A stretch of 25,633 nt of DNA from a virus (lineage: Duplodnaviria; Caudoviricetes). Both the position numbers and the translations under genes were made by a program. Below the pieces are notes generated by a model. It was not told the origin of the DNA and made no database searches. It worked only from the letters and a program-made list of their open reading frames with translations. Shown here in pieces: positions 6,519 through 14,946 of the stretch. Position 1 is the stretch's first letter. Each line of letters opens with the position of its first letter. Where the stretch lies: positions 1-25,633 of the IMG/VR virus record IMGVR_UViG_3300012663_000698. One strand, written 5' to 3'.

Positions 6519-9188
6519 TTAAAAGTCAAACAAACTGTTAAAGGTGTTTTTTTCTTCTGTGCTACTAATATTCCATTTCAACACCCCAATAAGATTTTCT
6601 AATTTCTTATCGATAATAGTAGCTTCCATTTCGGCATGCTCAAATGGCAAATCTTTAAACCATTGTGGCAAACGTAGTTCGTCTACTGGATATGCTACGC
6701 TAGTAAATTCTAAGGGATTGGCTTTGAGCTTACACACAATAACTTTTTGCCCGTCAGTAATGTTCATAGAGTACTTGTCCCCAAACATACGTTTCAACGT
6801 GTTCCAGTTAATACTAGCACGAACGTGCCCTGGCATGTTAGCTTTACCTTGTTTAGCTTCCTTAGCTTGATACTCAGTAATATTGTTAGCACGTTTAGGG
6901 CTACCTTTCTCCCAGCCTGGTCGAGCTTTAAAGACTGTACGGAATTCAGTAATGAAATCTAATACATCTTGTTCAGTAGAACCAGTTAGCACTTTTTCAA
7001 GAATATCACTTAAGAAGTTTTGAATAAATTCTGGAGTATCACTGCGCTTCAAATCGAGACCCATAGCCTTAATCTTACCAGGCTTGCCATCTATATCTGC
7101 ACGTTTACCTTCTTTGTCATAGTATAGTACAGCATATCGTTTTTTAGTAATGAATAAACCTTTACTAGCAACAATTTCACGACCTGCTTTAATAACTTCA
7201 CCACGTGACTTAGGACAGTGAAATGCATCTAGCATAAACTGCGGAAATGTTGAGTTTACTTCCTCACCGATTTGGTCATATAACTGAATAACAGTTTCTT
7301 TACTCCACGGTAACTTTCCGGAATCGATTTCATTTTTTAATGTCTTGTAAGCTGAAAAGTAACACGAGTCTGTATCACCATAGATAATAGCTTTACCTAC
7401 ATGATTAAAGTCGCCAGTGATAATTTCATTTACCTTACTAGCCATGTGCTTGGCAATTTGTCGTCCGGTAAGTGTAGTTGACTGTCCAATACGTTTATCA
7501 AAGAATCTGCAACCAGGATTAAGAATAGCACCATACAAACTGTTTAAGTTAATCTTCTTAACCAACTGACGTTTGTCCCAGTATTCTTCTTCAACTTTAT
7601 TGCCAGCTTTAATTGCATCCTTTAACTTGGCCTGCATCTCTTTACGTTCAGCATACCAACGCTTTAACAGTCCGGGAATAATACCTTCTTTCTCGTAAGT
7701 AAAGATAGTACCGTTAGCACTAATAACCCACGGCTGATTACTTTCAAAGATTAATCGATATACTTCGGCAGCACTTAGTACATCAGTATCACCGTTCTCC
7801 CAGTCAATAGTAATGTCTGTACCAATCTCTTGATTCATAACAGCAGTATATTCTAAACTACCAAATATACCTTCCCATGCAGCCGCAAAACTTTTACCTT
7901 TAGCTACCTGTCCTGCAATGTATTCTTCAGTAAGTGTTTGACGCAACTGTCCGATGATAGTTTCTGGACCCATATTCAACGCACGAATCGCAGATGGATA
8001 TAGTGAGTTAATGTCTAGTGAACCAATCCAGTCTTGTAGACCTTCTTTAGGATACGCAACATACGCACCAGCGGCACCTTCGTTACCTTCTCTGTCATCC
8101 ATTTTAGTTCTATTAGGAACTTGAAATCCTCTACGATGGCTTTCGTTAATAATAGCTTGCTCTGTTACAGCAACAGCACCCATTGTTGTTTGTAACAATA
8201 CGGTACACTCATGTGCTAGTGTGTTAGCAAGATCGATAAATTTTAATTTTCTATCAAGATCATCTAGTAGTTTACAGTCATTAATGTTGTATTCGATGAA
8301 TGTTCGAAAGTCATTATTGTATAACTGATCAAGTGTACCTTCGTATTGTGTTTTACGTTGGTTAAGTTCATACTCTGCAATAGCATCAAGTCGATAACTA
8401 TGACGTTCTTCGTATGTGTATTTTCGATACAATTCTAGACTATCCAGATGTACACGCCCAATAAAGTCGTATGTAACAGCATCCTTGCCATACTTTTCGT
8501 ATTCGCGGCGTTTAGGAAATTGGTCAAACAAACAGAATCTACGAGTATCTTCTTTACTTAATGCTTTAGTAACACGGTTAACAGTATACGGGACGTCAAA
8601 TCCTTCACTGTTCCAACCACTTAAGATATCTGCTTCTTGTATTAAGTCAAGAAAAACGTCTAGCATTTCTGCTTCTGTTTTAAACAGCATGACATTATCA
8701 AAATCTTTAACTTGCTCCTTGGCCTCCTCCATAGTTAATGTCTTTGGGGGAACTGCTAAACATACCATAGTGTTTAACCATTGTAGGTAAACGGCAATCG
8801 CAGTAATTGGCATAAACGCATCGTCTGGACTTGCGTAACCACGTTCTGGATCGAAATCTACCTCAATATCGAAAAACGCTACATTTAGTTTTGGAGCATC
8901 TTGATTGAGATAGTTTTCGCTTAGGCAAACAAATATTGGATTAATATCTGCTTCAAACAACTGCTTGCCTGAATTAATTGCTTGTTCTTTACGGAATTCT
9001 TTTGTATTTTTACATACAACACGACTAACTGGGTCGCCGTAAATTGATTGGAATTTGCCCCGAGGGTCTTTATAGTATAGTGTGTGCTTAACAGGGATGT
9101 CCCTGAATTCGCGAGCACCTTCTTTATTTCGTTCGACAACTCTGATAATATCATTATCACGATCGAACCATGCATCTACATAGCTCAT
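6519..9188 (-). CDS. Family B DNA polymerase (gp43-like) with 3'-5' exonuclease
   Basis: ExoI FFDIEV, ExoII WNSEGFD, ExoIII YNIND. Polymerase motifs LDINSLYPS, KINLNSLYG, YGDTDS and KKRYA. No intein visible. Confidence 0.97.
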   Translation of the reverse strand: MSYVDAWFDRDNDIIRVVERNKEGAREFRDIPVKHTLYYKDPRGKFQSIYGDPVSRVVCKNTKEFRKEQAINSGKQLFEADINPIFVCLSENYLNQDAPKLNVAFFDIEVDFDPERGYASPDDAFMPITAIAVYLQWLNTMVCLAVPPKTLTMEEAKEQVKDFDNVMLFKTEAEMLDVFLDLIQEADILSGWNSEGFDVPYTVNRVTKALSKEDTRRFCLFDQFPKRREYEKYGKDAVTYDFIGRVHLDSLELYRKYTYEERHSYRLDAIAEYELNQRKTQYEGTLDQLYNNDFRTFIEYNINDCKLLDDLDRKLKFIDLANTLAHECTVLLQTTMGAVAVTEQAIINESHRRGFQVPNRTKMDDREGNEGAAGAYVAYPKEGLQDWIGSLDINSLYPSAIRALNMGPETIIGQLRQTLTEEYIAGQVAKGKSFAAAWEGIFGSLEYTAVMNQEIGTDITIDWENGDTDVLSAAEVYRLIFESNQPWVISANGTIFTYEKEGIIPGLLKRWYAERKEMQAKLKDAIKAGNKVEEEYWDKRQLVKKINLNSLYGAILNPGCRFFDKRIGQSTTLTGRQIAKHMASKVNEIITGDFNHVGKAIIYGDTDSCYFSAYKTLKNEIDSGKLPWSKETVIQLYDQIGEEVNSTFPQFMLDAFHCPKSRGEVIKAGREIVASKGLFITKKRYAVLYYDKEGKRADIDGKPGKIKAMGLDLKRSDTPEFIQNFLSDILEKVLTGSTEQDVLDFITEFRTVFKARPGWEKGSPKRANNITEYQAKEAKQGKANMPGHVRASINWNTLKRMFGDKYSMNITDGQKVIVCKLKANPLEFTSVAYPVDELRLPQWFKDLPFEHAEMEATIIDKKLENLIGVLKWNISSTEEKNTFNSLFDF

Positions 9189-9200
9189 TTATTCTCCATA

Positions 9201-9250
9201 TGTCATTTAGGGCTGACAAACACCTAACATGCAGTTTATGGCCTGCAAAC
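9201..9250 (-). promoter_or_regulatory. Tandem 5-bp-stem/8-nt-loop hairpins in the polymerase leader (candidate translational operator)
   Basis: TGCAG-GCCATAAA-CTGCA (9247-9230) and TGTCA-GCCCTAAA-TGACA (9218-9201), 29 nt apart. The second ends 3 nt before the GGAG. Confidence 0.65.
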
Positions 9251-9268
9251 CTTTCTCTTTAATACTTA

Positions 9269-9526
9269 TTAGATACGTTTTGTAATATCTAAAATTGCTT
9301 CAATTTCTGCCCAATCTTCATTATGCGCCGACCAATCACCTTTATGGGCGATCTTAATTGCACGATTAATAATGCTGGGTTTTACTTGTAATTCTTCTGC
9401 AACTGCTTTAACAGTTTCTTTTAAACCTTCTGATAGATCTTCAATTTCGCGTAGTACTGTACTACCTTCCGAAATCAAACGCTCTAGTTTTGCCTTTTCT
9501 TCTGCACCGTATGAACGACCTGACAT
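9269..9526 (-). CDS. Small dsDNA-binding protein (T4 DsbA/GapR-like)
   Basis: 85 aa helical protein with pattern LERLISE...IEDLSEGLKETVKAVAEEL.VKP.II..AIK. Strong AAGGAG RBS. Confidence 0.65.
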   Translation of the reverse strand: MSGRSYGAEEKAKLERLISEGSTVLREIEDLSEGLKETVKAVAEELQVKPSIINRAIKIAHKGDWSAHNEDWAEIEAILDITKRI

Positions 9527-9550
9527 GTACTTCTCCTTAGTTATAAGCCT

Positions 9551-9579
9551 ATTATATACTACTTATCTTAGTAATGCAA
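9551..9579 (-). promoter_or_regulatory. Sigma70-type promoter for the DsbA-like/polymerase genes
   Basis: TTGCAT (9579-9574), 17 nt spacer, TATAAT (9556-9551). TAAGTA lies inside the spacer. Confidence 0.75.
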
Positions 9580-9601
9580 CCACTAAGAAATTTTAGAGGT
9601 G

Positions 9602-9627
9602 AAAATGGCAGAACAAGTCTGCCATTT
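9602..9627 (-). terminator. Intrinsic terminator ending the putative virion-protein block
   Basis: AAATGGCAGA-CTTGT-TCTGCCATTT(T), a 10-bp inverted repeat just after the stop at 9634. Confidence 0.75.
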
Positions 9628-9633
9628 AATTGA

Positions 9634-10470
9634 TTACTTAGTGTAGCCGAAACTTTCAATAAGCGCCTTGGCTAATTTACCGGGTTCAATACTTTCGGCA
9701 CTTAGTTGACCAAAATCCATGCCGTCTGGAGTCATTAGTGGATTTCCGTTTGAATAGTCTGGCGCTGCTGGTGCAGGATTTGCTGCTTGCTTAGGCGCTT
9801 GTTTAGGTGCTGCCATTTGAACTGCATACTTTTTACCTTTCCATGTAAATTGCTTTTCACCTTTTGCTCTAGCATCGGCAAATGCTTTACCAAATGGCAT
9901 TGCATCTCTGTTTATTGGCGCTGCTGGTGCTGCTGGTGCAGGATTTGCGGCTTGATTTGTTGTTGTCCCAGGGTTATTACCTGCTGCGTCTTGCGCCGCT
10001 TTCAACGATGCTGCATTATTTACTGTCCCAGCTACTGGCTCTTCTGGTTCGCTAGCATTTCTTGCCGCATCAAAATCGTTCATAGACATGCTAGCTGGCA
10101 GTGCCGCTTGTACTTTTGCTTTGTTTGCGTCAGCTTGTGCTTGTGTAGTTGCGGCACCACTAGTCGGAGCTGGATTTGCTGCTTGAGGTGCTGCTTTTGG
10201 TGTACCGTCGGGATTAGCATCAGTCACTGGCTGGCCTGATAAAAAGCCACCTTTTACCATTCTAGAAACAATAATGTTATCTGTTGGGTCTGCCATTCCT
10301 AATTTTTTCTGTACCTGTGGACTTAATTTTGCCCATGCTGCTGCCTTAGCAGGATCGTTAGTCCACGGATTAGCTGGCGCTGCTGCCGCTGGAGGTGTAG
10401 CTACCTCGGGTGCTTCGCTAATCCTTGATTCGATTGCATCCATCTTAGCAATTAATGATCTTAAGTCCAT
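9634..10470 (-). CDS. Ala/Pro-rich hypothetical protein, probably virion-internal
   Basis: 278 aa with QAANPAP repeats and a small basic module FGKAFADARAKGEKQFTWKGKKY. Confidence 0.75.
   Translation of the reverse strand: MDLRSLIAKMDAIESRISEAPEVATPPAAAAPANPWTNDPAKAAAWAKLSPQVQKKLGMADPTDNIIVSRMVKGGFLSGQPVTDANPDGTPKAAPQAANPAPTSGAATTQAQADANKAKVQAALPASMSMNDFDAARNASEPEEPVAGTVNNAASLKAAQDAAGNNPGTTTNQAANPAPAAPAAPINRDAMPFGKAFADARAKGEKQFTWKGKKYAVQMAAPKQAPKQAANPAPAAPDYSNGNPLMTPDGMDFGQLSAESIEPGKLAKALIESFGYTK
9764..9948. repeat. 20-nt direct repeat inside a CDS
   Basis: gctgctggtgcaggatttgc at 9764-9783 and 9929-9948, encoding the ANPAPAA repeat. Confidence 0.8.
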
Positions 10471-10484
10471 ATTATTTTTTCCTA

Positions 10485-11366
10485 TTATTTTTTAGGCACA
10501 CAGTTAGGAACTGTCTTTCCGCCTTTTTTCTTTGTACCAACCATTTTATGACTATCCCAGCAAGGATCATTATCCTCGCCAATATTCTTATCTATACCAC
10601 GACTAGCAACACCGCCTTGCTTACGTTTGGCAGCTAGTTCGTTAATACCGTGACGAATCTGTTCTAGATTTTGCTCTAAGCCCATAAACATGCCACCTTG
10701 ACTTAGGCGTGTAATTTTTTCCCATACAACTAATTCGTCACTTTCAGATAACTCAGCTAATTCTTTTAATTGAGCACGGGCTTGTATAATGCGACCTTTT
10801 AAGCTCATTGGATTTGCTTTTTGATGTCCGTATACAGTTGGATCATTTGGATCGCCAGTCATGTCAATTGGAGTTTCATTGACTTTCTTTTTCATAGCCT
10901 GACTTAACTGTTTAGTACCAGCGTCAGCTTTATTAAATTCTTTAGCAACAGATTGTTTAATACCCACCTTCTTTGCAAATTCTGGATTGTGTGCAGCCGC
11001 CGCCATTGTTCGAGCTTGCTTATGACTTACTGATTTTTCATTAACAACACTTTCTTTCATTAGTACACGATTAGCAATCTCTTGACTGTACATTTTAAGA
11101 CGTTGCGATTTTAATTCTTGTTCTTCAGCAAGTTCTTCAGCAATGCGTTCTTCAGTTTCAGCAAAATATTTTAATAATGATGATTTCTTTTCTGCTTTAA
11201 CAACGGGTTTTGAATAGTGTTGCATGGCCATTTGTACAGGTAACGCAACTTTATGTGGATTAGCACCTTCTGTAACAATTGACATGAACTTGGACATGTC
11301 ATTAGAACCTTCTACAGGCTTTGTAGAAACGCCATCTATTGCCTGTAGAATTTTCTTCATGTCCAT
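10485..11366 (-). CDS. Modular basic hypothetical protein, probably virion-internal
   Basis: 293 aa. Modules begin after VNE/IGE sites: KSVSHKQARTMAAAAH, TPIDM and PCWDSHKMVGTKKKGGKTVPNCV. Confidence 0.75.
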   Translation of the reverse strand: MDMKKILQAIDGVSTKPVEGSNDMSKFMSIVTEGANPHKVALPVQMAMQHYSKPVVKAEKKSSLLKYFAETEERIAEELAEEQELKSQRLKMYSQEIANRVLMKESVVNEKSVSHKQARTMAAAAHNPEFAKKVGIKQSVAKEFNKADAGTKQLSQAMKKKVNETPIDMTGDPNDPTVYGHQKANPMSLKGRIIQARAQLKELAELSESDELVVWEKITRLSQGGMFMGLEQNLEQIRHGINELAAKRKQGGVASRGIDKNIGEDNDPCWDSHKMVGTKKKGGKTVPNCVPKK

Positions 11367-11370
11367 ACTA

Positions 11371-12678
11371 TTATCCGTTTAAGCGAGTTAGGAACTCTTT
11401 CATGCGATCTAGTTCAGCACTTTCTTTAAACATTGGATTTGTTGGGCCCGGTGCTTGAGGAGTCCAACGCTTGCCTTTGTTAGGTCCGGATGTAATTACT
11501 GGATACTGTCCATCTTTACCTTTTGGTGGAGGAGCAGTAGCACCGTCTGGATTTTGTGGCATCATTGTTTCTTTAACTTTCTTGTTGGCACGTAGGTCAG
11601 CTAGATCGTCAGCTTCAATGTCACCATCTTTGTCAACATCTAATTTCTTTTGTTTGCCTTTAAGTGCTTCGTCAACTTTCTTAGCAAAAGGATTCTTCTT
11701 TTTATCAGCAACTGCTTTTTTCATCGGCTCTTTTTTGTTGCCGTCTTTATCCATGTCTAGAAAGTCTGGCTTTTTGCCTTTAGCTTCGTAAACACCTTGA
11801 CCGTAAGTTTCGTCAACTTCTTTTTCTTTCTTTGGTTTAGCAGGAGCACCGTCTCTGTTGTCAAACTTCTCGCTGTCTTTCATTCCCCATGTTTTAGCAC
11901 TCTTTGGAGACATTTTTTGTGCTGGAGCTTTTTCTTTCTTCTCAGCAGCACTTTGTGATTTAGCATGGCTCTTCTTACCCTTGCCTGACTTGTCATCTGC
12001 ATCGCCGTCATCTGCATAGCTAGTATTTGTGTGTTTCATACCAGTATCAGTTTTAGTTGCTACACCTGTCTTAGTTTTAAATGTGTCGCCGGTCTTTGAC
12101 TTATCAGTAAATTCTTCAGCAACATCTTTGTCTTCTAAGTTATCTGGAATACCGTTATTGTTACGATCTAAACGTTTACTTGCCGCATGTGTTGCTTTTG
12201 TTAAACGCTTGTATTTTTCAACTTTAGACTGTACATGCGCTGGCACAACTTTACCTTGGCTCATAATTAAACCAGTTCCGCCGCATTCATGACATGTTTC
12301 TTCTTTGCCACCACCAATGACTGTAGCTTCATCAACTTTCTCAGCTTGAGCTTTCTTAAGTTCTTTAACTTTAGATTTAGCTTCCATTAGCTTGCTCTTT
12401 AATACTTCACGGCTTTCAGCAGTAATTTCAGCATTATCTAACTGGTGAGCATATTCGCTAAATTTCATTTCGTATTCTAAATAATGATATACGCTAGCCA
12501 TGTAGTCGGCAGCTTTAGTAATCTTAGCTTGCACCCATGCTTCAAGCTGATCATCATCTTGCATCTTCTTGAATAATTTTAATGAATAAGTAGCTAGTTT
12601 GTATAAGTCAGCTTTGGCCATTGCGCCTTCACGATCTGGACCGTTGTCTGGTGTTAAATTTGGTTGCATATCTTGCAT
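11371..12678 (-). CDS. Lys/Asp-rich modular protein with DxDxDG motifs and a CxxCxGxG motif
   Basis: 435 aa. N-terminal helical domain (LEAWVQAKITKAADY), then CHECGGTG, DRNNNG, DMDKDG and DVDKDGDIEADD. Confidence 0.8.
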   Translation of the reverse strand: MQDMQPNLTPDNGPDREGAMAKADLYKLATYSLKLFKKMQDDDQLEAWVQAKITKAADYMASVYHYLEYEMKFSEYAHQLDNAEITAESREVLKSKLMEAKSKVKELKKAQAEKVDEATVIGGGKEETCHECGGTGLIMSQGKVVPAHVQSKVEKYKRLTKATHAASKRLDRNNNGIPDNLEDKDVAEEFTDKSKTGDTFKTKTGVATKTDTGMKHTNTSYADDGDADDKSGKGKKSHAKSQSAAEKKEKAPAQKMSPKSAKTWGMKDSEKFDNRDGAPAKPKKEKEVDETYGQGVYEAKGKKPDFLDMDKDGNKKEPMKKAVADKKKNPFAKKVDEALKGKQKKLDVDKDGDIEADDLADLRANKKVKETMMPQNPDGATAPPPKGKDGQYPVITSGPNKGKRWTPQAPGPTNPMFKESAELDRMKEFLTRLNG

Positions 12679-12703
12679 GGTGGTAAACTCCGTTATCTTT
12701 ATG

Positions 12704-12711
12704 TATTTATC
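12704..12711 (-). promoter_or_regulatory. Putative late promoter GATAAATA
   Basis: TAAATA core about 25 nt upstream of ATG 12678. The same core recurs upstream of other genes. Confidence 0.5.
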
Positions 12712-13234
12712 GTTTGATAGGTGCGCCGAACAAGTTTGCGCCCTTCATATCTAAGCCGTTTACAGCAGTACCGTCACTCTTTTTAGGCTGTACAACCTTG
12801 GGTTGTGGCGGTGCTTTTGTACCAGAACCTGTGCTAGGACTTCCTGTATAGCTCTTTTTACCACGTGCTTTGCCCGGGCTTAATTGGGGGGCATCTACTG
12901 TACCAATGTTACCTGCACTAGTTGCACCTGCTGTGGCTGTTTCTTCTAGTGATCGATGCACACTAGCTTTCTTACCGTTTGATTGTAGTTTGCGAGCAAC
13001 ATTACTAGCATGGCTACGAGAACCAAAAGTTTTCCATTTGCGCCCGTCGATGTGTACATCATGCGGTTCATCTCTGCTTGGTTCTTCACGATCCCAGCCC
13101 TCATCATTAGCACCACCGTCCATTCGATATGCTAGCGAATCTTTACGACCCATTCCGCTTACACTTGAGTCATAGTCACGTTGATAAGCATCGCGTTTCT
13201 CTCGCACTTCTGATAAAATTTCTGTAACTTTCAT
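12707..13234 (-). CDS. Hypothetical protein, probably virion-internal
   Basis: 175 aa. N-terminus MKVTEILSE, internal LEETATAGATS. ATGA overlap with the upstream gene. Confidence 0.75.
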   Translation of the reverse strand: MKVTEILSEVREKRDAYQRDYDSSVSGMGRKDSLAYRMDGGANDEGWDREEPSRDEPHDVHIDGRKWKTFGSRSHASNVARKLQSNGKKASVHRSLEETATAGATSAGNIGTVDAPQLSPGKARGKKSYTGSPSTGSGTKAPPQPKVVQPKKSDGTAVNGLDMKGANLFGAPIKR

Positions 13235-13509
13235 ATTTTTTTCTCCCCAGTCATATATGGTAAACTAAACCATAACTTGAACCATTCAGGAGTCCCTGGT
13301 TTAATGTTTTGTTCACGTTGTATTCTTCCAGTTTCTGTGCCAGTAGCACTAATATTCATACCACGCATTTCGTGTATTCTAGCATCTGCACCTAGCCCTG
13401 CTAGCTGTGTAAGTGCCTTTATTTCGTGAATAGGATCGTCTGGAGCAAGGTAACAATCGTCTGCAGACGTTTGATTTAAATGTTCCGTTGTAATCTTATA
13501 CTGTTTCAT
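13231..13509 (-). CDS. Hypothetical protein, 92 aa
   Basis: ATGA overlaps on both sides. Ends in IKPGTPEWFKLWF. Confidence 0.75.
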   Translation of the reverse strand: MKQYKITTEHLNQTSADDCYLAPDDPIHEIKALTQLAGLGADARIHEMRGMNISATGTETGRIQREQNIKPGTPEWFKLWFSLPYMTGEKKI

Positions 13510-13946
13510 TTTAAACTTGCTCTTAACATCCAGCTATGCTTCTTATGTGCATCTTGACGTCCTGCAAGGAAATCAGCTAGGCCGTGGTCACCGTTTTGTT
13601 CTGCCATGTTAAATGTAAGACGGAATATTTCAGCCATTTTATCACTGTCTGCTAGTAATTCACTTAACATTCCGTGTGACTCTGGCACTTCATTTTCATC
13701 TTTTATAGCTGACAACATACTAAATTTTTGTAAACTAGCAGGTGTGTACACTTGTAATGCACGAATTTGTTCTGCAAATGTATCGATACTTCCGTACACT
13801 TCGTCATAAATTCTTTCAAACATTAAATGTAAAGAGTAAAATAGCGGCCCTTCCGTGTTCCAATGAAAGTTTTGTGCTTTTAATGCAAATGCATATTCGC
13901 TAGCAAATGCCGTTTTTAATGCTAAATGATATTTGTTAGATTCCAT
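13506..13946 (-). CDS. dps: Dps/ferritin-like DNA protection protein
   Basis: NFHWNTEGP.F..LH..FE..Y and D..AE.IR ferroxidase motifs, plus terminal WML. Confidence 0.93.
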   Translation of the reverse strand: MESNKYHLALKTAFASEYAFALKAQNFHWNTEGPLFYSLHLMFERIYDEVYGSIDTFAEQIRALQVYTPASLQKFSMLSAIKDENEVPESHGMLSELLADSDKMAEIFRLTFNMAEQNGDHGLADFLAGRQDAHKKHSWMLRASLK

Positions 13947-14946
13947 ATTTGTTCTTCTTAATTTTTGCCACAGTACTAGTCTTGTTTACATCGGCAATTT
14001 CTTTACTACGATCACCTGACCAGTTTTGTAATTTTCCAGCACCTACTTGTTTTGCAGCAGCCTTAACCATTTCGTACTCTTCTTCAGTGTAAGAACTAAT
14101 TAACGGGTCGCCGCCAATCCAATTGTCTGCTTCCATCTCAGTAGGATATGTAGGTGCACCTGCAAGGGCAATTCCCATCCGATAATTTTTGTACATACTT
14201 CCAGTAGCCATATTTAATCCAGGAAGCGTTGTGGCATTTTTCATTGCGGCTTTCTTTTCCTTGTCAATGGTCTTTGTTCCGCCCTTGCCAGCTTTTCCGC
14301 CTGAACCTTCGGCCACTGCTGCTTTCTTAGTTTTTTCTGGATACATGTTTAAGTAGTGTGCTACTACTTCAAATACAGGAAGATCTTTATCATCAACCCG
14401 AACAGTAACACTTGGTTTAATGCCCATGTCTTTATAAAATGCTGCCTTATCACCAGCACGAACAGCCGCCCGTAAATTTGTAGCACTTGCTAGTCTTTCT
14501 GTGCGTACATGATCAATTTGGTGGAATTTGTACATACCATGTTCTTTATCGGCACCGTTATATTGTTGTAGTGTATTTACTAACCAATCTTCGTCGGTAT
14601 ACACTTTCAAGTGAACGTTTTCGCCGTGTTCTTCGTAAATGCGGGTAGCAAGAGTTAATAAACTTTGTTCCGGAATAACATGCCCGCCAACTTTAGACCA
14701 CACTGCTTGCATACATTGTAATTTAATATCGTAAGGTAACGGATCTTTTGGACCGCTTGTACTTTGATTAGTGCCAACATACCAAATAGGATTAGCACTA
14801 GCTGCCTGCCATACTGCTTTATGTCCACGATGCGGCGGGTTCCAACGACCAAAACATACGCCTATAGTTTTTAATGCACCATCAACTTCTTGTTGATCAT
14901 CGGCACCCACTTCATAAATGTTTTCAAAAAGTTCTCTTAATCTCAT
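13936..14946 (-). CDS. HIGH-superfamily nucleotidyltransferase (cytidyltransferase/NMNAT-like) with extra C-terminal domain
   Basis: FGRWNPPHRGH (HxGH), KDPLPY..K and SATNLR (KMSKS-equivalent). Start placed at MRLRELFE (ATG 14946, ATGA overlap). Confidence 0.8.
   Translation of the reverse strand: MRLRELFENIYEVGADDQQEVDGALKTIGVCFGRWNPPHRGHKAVWQAASANPIWYVGTNQSTSGPKDPLPYDIKLQCMQAVWSKVGGHVIPEQSLLTLATRIYEEHGENVHLKVYTDEDWLVNTLQQYNGADKEHGMYKFHQIDHVRTERLASATNLRAAVRAGDKAAFYKDMGIKPSVTVRVDDKDLPVFEVVAHYLNMYPEKTKKAAVAEGSGGKAGKGGTKTIDKEKKAAMKNATTLPGLNMATGSMYKNYRMGIALAGAPTYPTEMEADNWIGGDPLISSYTEEEYEMVKAAAKQVGAGKLQNWSGDRSKEIADVNKTSTVAKIKKNKYGI

Noticed and set aside
6519-9188. Intein, intron or split in the polymerase; stop-codon reassignment
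   Set aside because: The ORF is continuous and of normal length, and genes across the window tile cleanly under the standard code.
9201-9247. Lambda boxB or mini-CRISPR reading of the tandem hairpins
   Set aside because: GCCCT lies in the loop rather than the stem, there are only two units, and no boxA or cas genes are present.
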